Shown here piece by piece: positions 1-12,346 of a stretch of 64,000 nucleotides of DNA. Below the pieces are notes generated by a model that did no database searches, had not been told where the DNA came from, and saw only the letters and a list, made by a program, of their open reading frames with translations. The position numbers were made by a program, and so were the translations under genes. Numbering within the stretch: the first letter of the stretch is position 1; each line of letters begins with the position of its first letter. Origin of the DNA: Selaginella moellendorffii (lineage: Eukaryota > Plantae > Lycopodiophyta); assembly GCF_000143415.4 (NCBI RefSeq), contig NW_003314334.1:248001-312000 (forward strand), in the 5' to 3' direction.

Positions 1-188
1 GGCCGGAAGGTGTCTGAGCTGGTAGCGCATCCGCGTTAGACAAAGAGGTTCCCCCTAACTCATTTAAGTTGGTGCATTTCTCACATAGTGTGAGTACCGT
101 GAACTTTTTCTGGAGTTGTTTCCTTGGCGGTATTCTAGACTTGAGTGTGCATCGACGAGGACGTCGATCTTCCCCAAGGGGGGGAGAG

Positions 189-1334
189 TGTCGCGAATGT
201 GACTTCGGGTATCAAAAGTTACCTGTCGACTAGTCCTTACGGACACTCTTTCCTTACTGCCACGATGGCAGGAGGTCGGTATTGCTGGACCCTTTATCAG
301 TCCCTCTTGTGCTAGTGGAGTTAACTGGGCATTTCGAGTGTACTTAGACCGGACGAGCATAAGGACGGAATTCCTACGTGTTATTAGCTAAGCATACTTA
401 GCCTGGTAAGGAGTTCCCGTCTCGTTATGTCTTGCACTGGCTAGTGACAAGAACCCTTGCGTATTGAGATTGGTCCCTCAATATCGCTACATGATAGCTT
501 ACCGTGTCTGCCAAACACCCTCGCTATCATGCCCTTTGTGTTAGTCTCATTTCGGTCCCAAATGCTAATTATGGAAAGTGTCCAGATTTGCTCATTTGGC
601 ATACCTACGGAATGTAGAGATTGGCCTGAACACAATGGTGTTCGTCCCATGTCCAAATTCACAATCTAGGGACATTCCATATTTAGTAAGTTTCGAGCTT
701 GTCCCAGAGACTAACTCCTGATACTAAGGGAGGCTTGGGGTGAAAGCCCAAAGCGTGTGTTCCTCAAGGGGGGGGGGCTATAGGGGGTTCCAAATGTATA
801 GTAGGGATAGTGGGTAGGTCGGGCATGGCCGACCAACCTGAGGCATAGTCTAGCTCCCGCTTGCGTGCCTGTCCTTGTTCTGCGTCCGACTTGGGTCTAA
901 GCCCAAGTTCCATTCCATGCTAGCTGGTGGAGTACCCATGTCCTCACGTTAGGCCACCGGTATGCCAAAATAGCGCCAAACTCCGTTTGGCTCCGTTTTG
1001 CGTGCTGGTCCTGGCATTGGGATGCTGGTTGCTCTAGGACTGTTCCAAGTCGCTCCGGGCTCCTGTCCCTTCGCTCCTTGGGCTATATGCTCGGGAGTTG
1101 CTCCGTGGTTCGGTTCCATCACTCCTTGGCTCCACGCTTGGGAGTTTGGCACCGTTCCTTCGTTCAGTGGCCCAAGGCCCTGAACCTCGGGTTCCTATGG
1201 ACACGTGGCATGGACACGTGGCATGTGACACGTGGCATCTGTCACGTGGCACAAAGAGGGTTTAGGTTCCGCTTCGTGGTGTTATCCTATGGTAAATCAC
1301 CATAGGATAAAGGGTCAAAACCACGTGCGCTACA
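189..1334 (+). repeat. LTR copy 1 (1146 bp)
   Basis: Starts TGTCGCGAATGTGA directly after the polypurine tract; ends GTGCGCTACA followed by TT and the PBS. Confidence 0.85.
1202..1250 (+). promoter_or_regulatory. Cluster of four G-box/ABRE motifs (CACGTGGC) in the LTR
   Basis: CACGTGGC at 1202, 1215, 1229, 1243; three copies in LTR2, four in LTR3. Function is inferred. Confidence 0.55.
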
Positions 1335-1336
1335 TT

Positions 1337-1347
1337 TGGTATCAGAG
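1337..1347 (+). other. Primer-binding site complementary to initiator tRNA-Met (also 7447-7457, 12349-12359)
   Basis: TGGTATCAGAG 2 nt after the LTR-terminal CA. Confidence 0.9.
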
Positions 1348-4300
1348 GAAGAGTCTCAGCGAGTACTATTCAATGAGATTGGGCAACTAGTCTCGTTGCA
1401 TACGTAAAGATGAAAACGATGATCCGAGTGGGTACACGTTTTGGTGCAAAGACTTCGCAATGGTTCCTTGGGTATGGATATTGTTACCTTATTGTACCTT
1501 ATGATGTGAGCTTGCGCTTGGGCTCATAGGATGGATTTGAGTTGTTCCGGTAGCATGAGTTTAAGCTTGAGCTCGTGAGTGAGGCACATTAGCAACTCGA
1601 GGTTACACTTTGAGTTGGCAGGATTAATATTTGCCTATCGATGGTTCCATGAGTTGTTCCATGTACCGTGGGTGAAAGTAAACTTTCCCTGAGTTTGCTA
1701 TGAGTGGCAAATAGGCTGGTCCGTAGCTGTTTAGCACGACACTAGTGGATCCTTCCTAGGCATGTTTACAAGTGGATCAATCAAGACTATAGGGATTAGT
1801 CTATTGGTTCAAGTAGTCATGGCCGTGCTTTCTCATAAACTTTTCTTGGATTGAACTGAAGGCAGTGCGAAAGCAAGCTTGAGGTTTAGTCAAGATGAGG
1901 CCGGAAAGAGAGTCGTCAGGGACGAAGGATCAAATACGTAAATCATTTTCTCTTCTTGGAGAGATGATTTGCAACGAGGTGTTAACTCATTGCTTGTGTT
2001 CACATTATGCAATCAAGAGTCCCTACCTTGATGCATGTTGGAGATGGTGGTCTTACAATGGTGAGTTGTGGGATGGATAGCAGTAAAGCGCTAAACCATT
2101 TTGTCTAAGCTTGCTATTGGAAGACTTGGGTTGCAATGCTCGATTCTTTTCTAGGGAACCTTGCTATTGCTCCTTGAGTAGCTTGGTGTTGGATTAGTTT
2201 TGAGTTTGGTCGGAAAGAGAGTGGCATGAGCTTGTCCATGTTGTGAACAAAAGTTAGTGGTGTTGGGTGTTGTAAATCTCTATTGATAGGGTGTGGCATT
2301 TATGTTGCATTTTGTTGAATTGAGTTAGCACTTGATATTCACATAAACCTTTACAGTAGTGACATGGGCATTTCTCATAGTGTTGCTTGATTGATGATCA
2401 AGTCATTGTGATTTATATCATATCCACGTGATAATAAGCAATGTGTTTACGAAGTTGCTTGGGTAAATGATGATCAACCCCAAAGTGGTTGATAGTGAAG
2501 CTAGTCTACTTGTACGAAGTAGCATTGTAGTAGCTTTGACTAGATTCTCAATGGTGGTCCATTATGCTAAGCTTAAGTTGGTACCTTGTTTCCTTGAATT
2601 TACCCATAAAGTGTTGGAAAAGGGTTATAGCATTCACTTGCTATAACTTGTCGGTTGATCCGTTAGCACTTGGAGTAGATTGTTGGATGGAGAAGATGTG
2701 TAATTGGGGCATTAACATCACTAGCACTTGTGTTAGTGGAGGTGGCATTGTTATTTCAAGTGATGAGGAAGTTTCCTTGGACCTTGATTTTCCATGTCAT
2801 TTTTCTTGTTAGTGTTTTGGCTTCACATTGGATCTTGAAGGTCGTTGAAGAAGAGTGTTAGTGCAATGTGGATATCCAAAGATGTGGTCTTCGTGATCAA
2901 GCCTTGGATGTTCATTTTGCACTTTGCGGAAGTTCGATGTTGGTTAAATGGGCAAAGATGTTCGATGCTTAAGCATGCTATATGGGTCATGAGAATTGGT
3001 GTTGAGGTGAACCTGTGTGAAGTTGTTAGTAGGAGGAAGTTGGTTGAGTCTTGAAAGTTTGCATTCCTGGACTAAGAGTCATTCTTTCTCTAGGATGGAA
3101 ATTTTCCACAAATTTTCTTAGACTTTTCCAATGGCTGATCTGTCGGTCACTTTGCTCGAAAACCAGTCCATTTTCGTAAACTAGTATAAACTAGTGAAGA
3201 GGTTGGAGTTGACTTTGGTTGGCTTGAACCTTAGTAAATAGTTTGTATGATGCGGCCTGAAAGGGATGCTAACTTTTGGGGCTAAGGCAATTGAGTTGGA
3301 TAGAGTCTAGAGTTGATATAAAAAAGTGGCCGTTGCACTTTTCTCAGAAAGGTGACCCTTGTACCTTTCTTTTGTAGCGTGGTGCTTGGTGGTAGATTGC
3401 ACCTTGCATTACGTTAGACTCTATGAGAGTAGTGAGCTCTCAGTGATCTTGACTTAGTCTTGGTAGCCCTGCACCTTGGCTGAGGATGGTGATGTCCAAC
3501 TTAGTTGTTTGAGGTTGAGATGTTAGTACCCGTACTATAGCTTTGTCTATGAGGAGGTTGTGTACCGATATGAGTTCATCTCATGGTCTTCACTTTCGTT
3601 TCGGCTGAGTGTTGATCATGCATAGCTAGCCTCTTCAAGGCATTCTCAGAGCTAGTGGCTAAATGCATTAGTGAGCTTATTGCGGTTGAGTTGGATTCGA
3701 GTGGTCATTTAATTTGTGCTTGTCTATGAACTTTTATCTTGTACCTGAGGTATCACGTTCATGTTGGACAAGTATATAACTTGATGACAAGAGTTAGTGT
3801 TCGGGTCTTGTGAAGTCAAGTTGAAGGGTGATTGTTAGTTGCTTTGCGACTAGTGATTACTTGTAGACTTTGTAAAAAAAAAAGACTGTTGATACTTGCT
3901 TTGCTCGATGATGATTTAGCAGTGATGGGCTTGCTTTACTGGATGGTGTTGCGGAGGATCGTGTCATTAGACTTACATGAGTTTTTTTCATGTTGGCATG
4001 TCGACTCTACCTCTGTTGATATCATTTGGTTACATTTCGTCCGTAGTGTTAGATTTCATTGAGTCTTGGACGTGGTAAATCACTCCTTGATGAAGTGTTA
4101 TCTGTGACTGAGTATTGTTAGAGGATTGCTCTCGGATACTGAGTAAAGTATCTCCGACTTTGGTTAGCTTGGTTGCTAGAGAGTTTTGAGTGGTGATTCA
4201 CTCTTGCTTTCTGCTAGCTTTGTTCTGTTGTTGATGGCATTGAAGTGATGCCTTGTCGTTGACATTATTGAGGTTGAGATTCAAAGTGAAATGAGATGTC

Positions 4301-6312
4301 TCTCCTTAGGATTGATATTGAGTTTCATTAGTCTTGATAAATATAGTGTTGATGATTTGGGTATAGCTTTGTGTTGTTGGCATTCGTGCATTTGCTAGTT
4401 AGCAACTGTGTTGACGTTCAAACGAACTGAGTGGCAAGTTGAGTTAGTTGTGTTTTAGACGAGATTATTTAGTAGAGGGTTGAGCTTTAGCTTTTCCTTG
4501 AAAAGTGATTTAGTCGTGGACTATGCTAACTCTACGAGAAGAAGAGTTAGTGATCGATATTAGAATGTTGAGTCCTTGCTGGATTTGAGTTCGGGATATA
4601 GCAATCATTAATGATTCTTTTTGGGCTTGTTATGAAGTGAGTTATGTCTTGTTATAGATGGATACATGGAGGATCGTTTGATGATCACTTGTTGAGCATA
4701 GCTTCGTTATACTTAGCTTTTGGATTGATGCAAATATGCTCTTCATTAGCTTTGGCATTATGAAGTTTGGCTTATGGATGTGTTGAGGAAAACTATTGTG
4801 GGTTGCAACATGATTTCTTCTTTAGCATTGAAGTTAGCTTTTATGAGACTTGTGCTCATTATTAGGCAAGACTTGGCTATAGACTCCTTCAAGCTTTTGG
4901 TTCTTTGAGTTTTATGCTCATTATTCCATTTGTTAGAAGTTGTTGGGGAAGGCATTTTGGCTTGTTAGCTTTGATGTTGAAGTTAGTATTTGCATCTAGC
5001 AATCATTAGTAATGATTGACTATCATTTAGGATGATTGATTCTCATTATCAAAGGTTTTGCTTGATTATCGTTGATCTAGAATGATTTGCTATTCTTTGG
5101 GATGGTGGATTCCTTCTTAGACGATGATTTTGCATCTCTTTATTGATGGGATGATTGATGATCTTTCATGATGGTTAGTTGTTCTCTTTGATGGCTTTTT
5201 GCATTACCACATGTTCTTTGTGGTTTGCCTTGGATTGGTCTCTTGGGTTTGAGACATCAATAGGATGTTGCTGACACTTGCTTAGGCAACTTGAGTTCCT
5301 TGGTATTATTGGTTGGGATCTATCTGGATTGGCTAGTGCAATGGTTGATATGAACAAGCGTTTGTTTGCTTTGCAACATTTATTTTGTTTCATTGATTAT
5401 TGCTCGAGTTAGTTCTTATAGATTAGGATGTTATTTCCTTCGGGTGATACATTCGCGAGCATTGTGCTTGTTAGTCAATAATACTTTGTGTTCTTTGAGT
5501 TGTGCTTTGTGAGTTGTTTGGCATGCTATCTGCCATTTTCGGTAGTTAAGTTTTATCATTGAGTTTCCTTGATGATCTACTTGCTATTGAATTTTGTTGA
5601 ATGGTGATTTCTATGTTTACCAATTATAGTGATCTTAGTGGTTCCTATACTATAATACTAGTTTATCAGATGATAACTTACTTGGAATACTTTTGTGTTC
5701 TAATCTAAGATATAATCACTAGTAATTAAGCTTCTCAGATATCATTGTCTCTGACTTTGATATTGTCCATCCATTGATCTTTGCGTTTGGGCCAGTATAG
5801 GTAGACTGGCTTCGGCACTTCGTGTGCATGGTGAAATGTTTAGTCATGGGGTAGCTACTGTCGACTGGTCACATAACCCGCCTCTTTGTCGATGTTCCTT
5901 ATTTCGTTGAAAGGGCGTGACCGTGTAAACAACTCTAACTGCCTGTTTACAGTAGTCTATCTAAACCTTACCGACGGGTTTGGTTTCTTTGCTTAGGAGG
6001 GTTGGGGCCTCTGGCTTCTCTCTCTATGTTCCTGCGGGCAGGGGCATATCACACTTTTGTAAGCTGGGTGACTCCCAGAGCAGCAAGGGTGGCTAACTCC
6101 ATTGGTCATTTCCTTGTCGGCGACGGCCGGAAGGTGTCTGAGCTGGTAGCGCATCCGCATTAGACAAAGAGGTTCCCCCTAACTCATTTAAGTTGGTGCA
6201 TTTCTCACATAGTGTGAGTACCGTGAACTTTTTCTGGAGTTGTTTCCTTGGCGGTATTCTAGACTTGAGTGTGCATCGACGAGGACGTCGATCTTCCCCA
6301 AGGGGGGGAGAG

Positions 6313-7444
6313 TGTCGCAAATGTGACTTCGGGTATCAAAAGTTACCTGTCGACTAGTCCTTACGGACACTCTTTCCTTACTGCCACGATGGCAGGAGGT
6401 CGGTATTGCTGGACCCTTTATCAGTCCCTCTTGTGCTAGTGGAGTTAACTGGGCATTTCGAGTGTACTTAGACCGGACGAGCATAAGGACGGAATTCCTA
6501 CGTGTTATTAGCTAAGCATACTTAGCCCGGTAAGGAGTTCCCGTCTCGTTATGTCTTGCACTGGCTAGTGACAAGAACCCTCGCGTATTGAGATTGGTCC
6601 CTCAATATCGCTACATGATAGCTTACCGTGTCTGCCAAACACCCTCGCTATCATGCCCTTTGTGTTAGTCTCATTTCGGTCCCAAATGCTAATTATGGAA
6701 AGTGTCCAGATTTGCTCATTTGGCATACCTACGGAATGTAGAGATTGGCCTGAACACAATGGTGTTCGTCCCATGTCCAAATTCACAATCTAGGGACATT
6801 CCATATTTAGTAAGTTTCGAGCTTGTCCCAGAGACTAACTCCTGATACTAAGGGAGGCTTGGGGTGAAAGCCCAAAGCGTGTGTTCCTCAAGGGGGGGGG
6901 CTATAGGGGGTTCCAAATGTATAGTAGGGATAGTGGGTAGGTCGGGCATGGCCGACCAACCTGAGGCATATTCTAGCTCCCGCTTGCGTGCCTGTCCTTG
7001 TTCTGCGTCCGGCTTGGGTCTAAGCCCAAGTTCCATTCCATGCTAGCTGGTGGAGTACCCATGTCCTCACGTTAGGCCACCGGTATGCCAAAATAGCGCC
7101 AAACTCCGTTTGGCTCCGTTTTGCGTGCTGGTCCTGGCATTGGGATGCTGGTTGCTCTAGGACTGTTCCAAGTCGCTCCGGGCTCCTGTCCCTTCGCTCC
7201 TTGGGCTATATGCTCGGGAGTTGCTCCGTGGTTCGGTTCCATCACTCCTTGGCTCCACGCTTGGGAGTTTGGCACCGTTCCTTCGTTCAGTGGCCCAAGG
7301 CCCTGAACCTCGGGTTCCTATGGACACGTGGCATGTGACACGTGGCATCTGTCACGTGGCACAAAGAGGGTTTAGGTTCCGCTTCGTGGTGTTATCCTAT
7401 GGTAAATCACCATAGGATAAAGGGTCAAAACCACGTGCGCTACA
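6313..7444 (+). repeat. LTR copy 2
   Basis: PPT then TGTCGCAAATGTGA ... GTGCGCTACA then PBS; lacks one 13-bp G-box unit. Confidence 0.85.
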
Positions 7445-7954
7445 TTTGGTATCAGAGGAAGAGTCTCAGCGAGTACTATTCAATGAGATTGGGCAACTAG
7501 TCTCGTTGCATACGCAAAGATGAAAACGATGATCCGAGTGGGTACACGTTTTGGTGCAAAGACTTCGCAATGGTTCCTTGGGTATGGATATTGTTACCTT
7601 ATTGTACCTTATGATGTGAGCTTGCGCTTGGGCTCATAGGATGGATTTGAGTTGTTCCGGTAGCATGAGTTTAAGCTTGAGCTCGTGAGTGAGGCACATT
7701 AGCAACTCGAGGTTACACTTTGAGTTGGCAGGATTAATATTTGCCTATCGATGGTTCCATGAGTTGTTCCATGTACCGTGGGTGAAAGTAAACTTTCCCT
7801 GAGTTTGCTATGAGTGGCAAATAGGCTGGTCCGTAGCTGTTTAGCACGACACTANNNNNNNNNNNNNNNNNNNNNNNNNNNNNNNNNNNNNNNNNNNNNN
7901 NNNNNNNNNNNNNNNNNNNNNNNNNNNNNNNNNNNNNNNNNNNNNNNNNNNNNN

Positions 7955-7956
7955 AG

Positions 7957-8009
<53 letters not shown>

Positions 8010-8065
8010 GATCCCGAACCCGGCAGAGGCAGGCAGCTGATGCTGCAGGTGACTTAGAGGACCCG
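7955..8065 (+). other. Low-quality read end: poly-A plus degraded pUC-type polylinker (assembly artefact)
   Basis: AGCTGATGCTGCAGGTGACTTAGAGGACCC resembles AAGCTTGCATGCCTGCAGGTCGACTCTAGAGGATCCCC and lies next to an N gap. Confidence 0.75.
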
Positions 8066-11000
8066 TAAACAGTATAAACTAGTGAAGAGGTTGGAGTTGA
8101 CTTTGGTTGGCTTGAACCTTAGTAAATAGTTTGTATGATGCGGCCTGAAAGGGATGCTAACTTTTGGGGCTAAGGCAATTGAGTTGGATAGAGTCTAGAG
8201 TTGATATAAAAAAGTGGCCGTTGCACTTTTCTCAGAAAGGTGACCCTTGTACCTTTCTTTTGTAGCGTGGTGCTTGGTGGTAGATTGCACCTTGCATTAC
8301 GTTAGACTCTATGAGAGTAGTGAGCTCTCAGTGATCTTGACTTAGTCTTGGTAGCCCTGCACCTTGGCTGAGGATGGTGATGTCCAACTTAGTTGTTTGA
8401 GGTTGAGATGTTAGTACCCGTACTATAGCTTTGTCTATGAGGAGGTTGTGTACCGATATGAGTTCATCTCATGGTCTTCACTTTCGTTTCGGCTGAGTGT
8501 TGATCATGCATAGCTAGCCTCTTCAAGGCATTCTCAGAGCTAGTGGCTAAATGCATTAGTGAGCTTATTGCGGTTGAGTTGGATTCGAGTGGTCATTTAA
8601 TTTGTGCTTGTCTATGAACTTTTATCTTGTACCTGAGGTATCACGTTCATGTTGGACAAGTATATAACTTGATGACAAGAGTTAGTGTTCGGGTCTTGTG
8701 AAGTCAAGTTGAAGGGTGATTGTTAGTTGCTTTGCGACTAGTGATTACTTGTAGACTTTGTAAAAAAAAAAGACTGTTGATACTTGCTTTGCTCGATGAT
8801 GATTTAGCAGTGATGGGCTTGCTTTACTGGATGGTGTTGCGGAGGATCGTGTCATTAGACTTACATGAGTTTTTTTCATGTTGGCATGTCGACTCTACCT
8901 CTGTTGATATCATTTGGTTACATTTCGTCCGTAGTGTTAGATTTCATTGAGTCTTGGACGTGGTAAATCACTCCTTGATGAAGTGTTATCTGTGACTGAG
9001 TATTGTTAGAGGATTGCTCTCGGATACTGAGTAAAGTATCTCCGACTTTGGTTAGCTTGGTTGCTAGAGAGTTTTGAGTGGTGATTCACTCTTGCTTTCT
9101 GCTAGCTTTGTTCTGTTGTTGATGGCATTGAAGTGATGCCTTGTCGTTGACATTATTGAGGTTGAGATTCAAAGTGAAATGAGATGTCTCTCCTTAGGAT
9201 TGATATTGAGTTTCATTAGTCTTGATAAATATAGTGTTGATGATTTGGGTATAGCTTTGTGTTGTTGGCATTCGTGCATTTGCTAGTTAGCAACTGTGTT
9301 GACGTTCAAACGAACTGAGTGGCAAGTTGAGTTAGTTGTGTTTTAGACGAGATTATTTAGTAGAGGGTTGAGCTTTAGCTTTTCCTTGAAAAGTGATTTA
9401 GTCGTGGACTATGCTAACTCTACGAGAAGAAGAGTTAGTGATCGATATTAGAATGTTGAGTCCTTGCTGGATTTGAGTTCGGGATATAGCAATCATTAAT
9501 GATTCTTTTTGGGCTTGTTATGAAGTGAGTTATGTCTTGTTATAGATGGATACATGGAGGATCGTTTGATGATCACTTGTTGAGCATAGCTTCGTTATAC
9601 TTAGCTTTTGGATTGATGCAAATATGCTCTTCATTAGCTTTGGCATTATGAAGTTTGGCTTATGGATGTGTTGAGGAAACTATTGTGGGTTGCACCATGA
9701 TTTCTTCTTTAGCATTGAAGTTAGCTTTTATGAGACTTGTGCTCATTATTAGGCAAGACTTGGCTATAGACTCCTTCAAGCTTTTGGTTCTTTGAGTTTT
9801 ATGCTCATTATTCCATTTGTTAGAAGTTGTTGGGGAAGGCATTTTGGCTTGTTAGCTTTGATGTTGAAGTTAGTATTTGCATCTAGCAATCATTAGTAAT
9901 GATTGACTATCATTTAGGATGATTGATTCTCATTATCAAAGGTTTTGCTTGATTATCGTTGATCTAGAATGATTTGCTATTCTTTGGGATGGTGGATTCC
10001 TTCTTAGACGATGATTTTGCATCTCTTTATTGATGGGATGATTGATGATCTTTCATGATGGTTAGTTGTTCTCTTTGATGGCTTTTTGCATTACCACATG
10101 TTCTTTGTGGTTTGCCTTGGATTGGTCTCTTGGGTTTGAGACATCAATAGGATGTTGCTGACACTTGCTTAGGCAACTTGAGTTCCTTGGTATTATTGGT
10201 TGGGATCTATCTGGATTGGCTAGTGCAATGGTTGATATGAACAAGCGTTTGTTTGCTTTGCAACATTTATTTTGTTTCATTGATTATTGCTCGAGTTAGT
10301 TCTTATAGATTAGGATGTTATTTCCTTCGGGTGATACATTCGCGAGCATTGTGCTTGTTAGTCAATAATACTTTGTGTTCTTTGAGTTGTGCTTTGTGAG
10401 TTGTTTGGCATGCTATCTGCCATTTTCGGTAGTTAAGTTTTATCATTGAGTTTCCTTGATGATCTACTTGCTATTGAATTTTGTTGAATGGTGATTTCTA
10501 TGTTTACCAATTATAGTGATCTTAGTGGTTCCTATACTATAATACTAGTTTATCAGATGATAACTTACTTGGAATACTTTTGTGTTCTAATCTAAGATAT
10601 AATCACTAGTAATTAAGCTTCTCAGATATCATTGTCTCTGACTTTGATATTGTCCATCCATTGATCTTTGCGTTTGGGCCAGTATAGGTAGACTGGCTTC
10701 GGCACTTCGTGTGCATGGTGAAATGTCTAGTCATGGGGTAGCTACTGTCGACTGGTCACATAACCTGCCTCTTTGTCGATGTTCCTTATTTCGTTGAAAG
10801 TGCGTGACCGTGTAAACAACTCTAACTGCCTGTTTACAGTAGTCTATCTAAACCTTACCGACGGGTTTGGTTTCTTTGCTTAGGAGGGTTGGGGCCTCTG
10901 GCTTCTCTCTCTATGTTCCTGCGGGCAGGGGCATATCACACTTTTGTAAGCTGGGTGACTCCCAGAGCAGCAAGGGTGGCTGACTCCATTGGTCATTTCC

Positions 11001-11199
11001 TTGTCGGCGACGGCCGGAAGGTGTCTGAGCTGGTAGCGCATCCGCATTAGACAAAGAGGTTCCCCCTAACTCATTTAAGTTGGTGCATTTCTCACATAGT
11101 GTGAGTACCGTGAACTTTTTCTGGAGTTGTTTCCTTGGCGGTATTCTAGACTTGAGTGTGCATCGACGAGGACGTCGATCTTCCCCAAGGGGGGGAGAG

Positions 11200-12346
11200 T
11201 GTCGCAAATGTGACTTCGGGTATCAAAAGTTACCTGTCGACTAGTCCTTACGGACACTCTTTCCTTACTGCCACGATGGCAGGAGGTCGGTATTGCTGGA
11301 CCCTTTATCAGTCCCTCTTGTGCTAGTGGAGTTAACTGGGCATTTCGAGTGTACTTAGACCGGACGAGCATAAGGACGGAATTCCTACGTGTTATTAGCT
11401 AAGCATACTTAGCCCGGTAAGGAGTTCCCGTCTCGTTATGTCTTGCACTGGCTAGTGACAAGAACCCTCGCGTATTGAGATTGGTCCCTCAATATCGCTA
11501 CATGATAGCTTACCGTGTCTGCCAAACACCCTCGCTATCATGCCTTTTGTGTTAGTCTCATTTCGGTCCCAAATGCTAATTATGGAAAGTGTCCAGATTT
11601 GCTCATTTGGCATACCTACGGAATGTAGAGATTGGCCTGAACACAATGGTGTTCGTCCCATGTCCAAATTCACAATCTAGGGACATTCCATATTTAGTAA
11701 GTTTCGAGCTTGTCCCAGAGACTAACTCCTGATACTAAGGGAGGCTTGGGGTGAAAGCCCAAAGCGTGTGTTCCTCAAGGGGGGGGGGGCTATAGGGGGT
11801 TCCAAATGTATAGTAGGGATAGTGGGTAGGTCGGGCATGGCCGACCAACCTGAGGCATATTCTAGCTCCCGCTTGCGTGCCTGTCCTTGTTCTGCGTCCG
11901 GCTTGGGTCTAAGCCCAAGTTCCATTCCATGCTAGCTGGTGGAGTACCCATGTCCTCACGTTAGGCCACCGGTATGCCAAAATAGCGCCAAACTCCGTTT
12001 GGCTCCGTTTTGCGTGCTGGTCCTGGCATTGGGATGCTGGTTGCTCTAGGACTGTTCCAAGTCGCTCCGGGCTCCTGTCCCTTCGCTCCTTGGGCTATAT
12101 GCTCGGGAGTTGCTCCGTGGTTCGGTTCCATCACTCCTTGGCTCCACGCTTGGGAGTTTGGCACCGTTCCTTCGTTCAGTGGCCCAAGGCCCTGAACCTC
12201 GGGTTCCTATGGACACGTGGCATGGACACGTGGCATGTGACACGTGGCATCTGTCACGTGGCACAAAGAGGGTTTAGGTTCCGCTTCGTGGTGTTATCCT
12301 ATGGTAAATCACCATAGGATAAAGGGTCAAAACCACGTGCGCTACA
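11200..12346 (+). repeat. LTR copy 3
   Basis: Same termini, PPT and PBS as LTR1. Confidence 0.85.

Noticed and set aside
7814-8068. Poly-Lys ORF or poly(A) tail of a retrocopy
   Set aside because: Spans an N gap and a low-quality vector-containing read end
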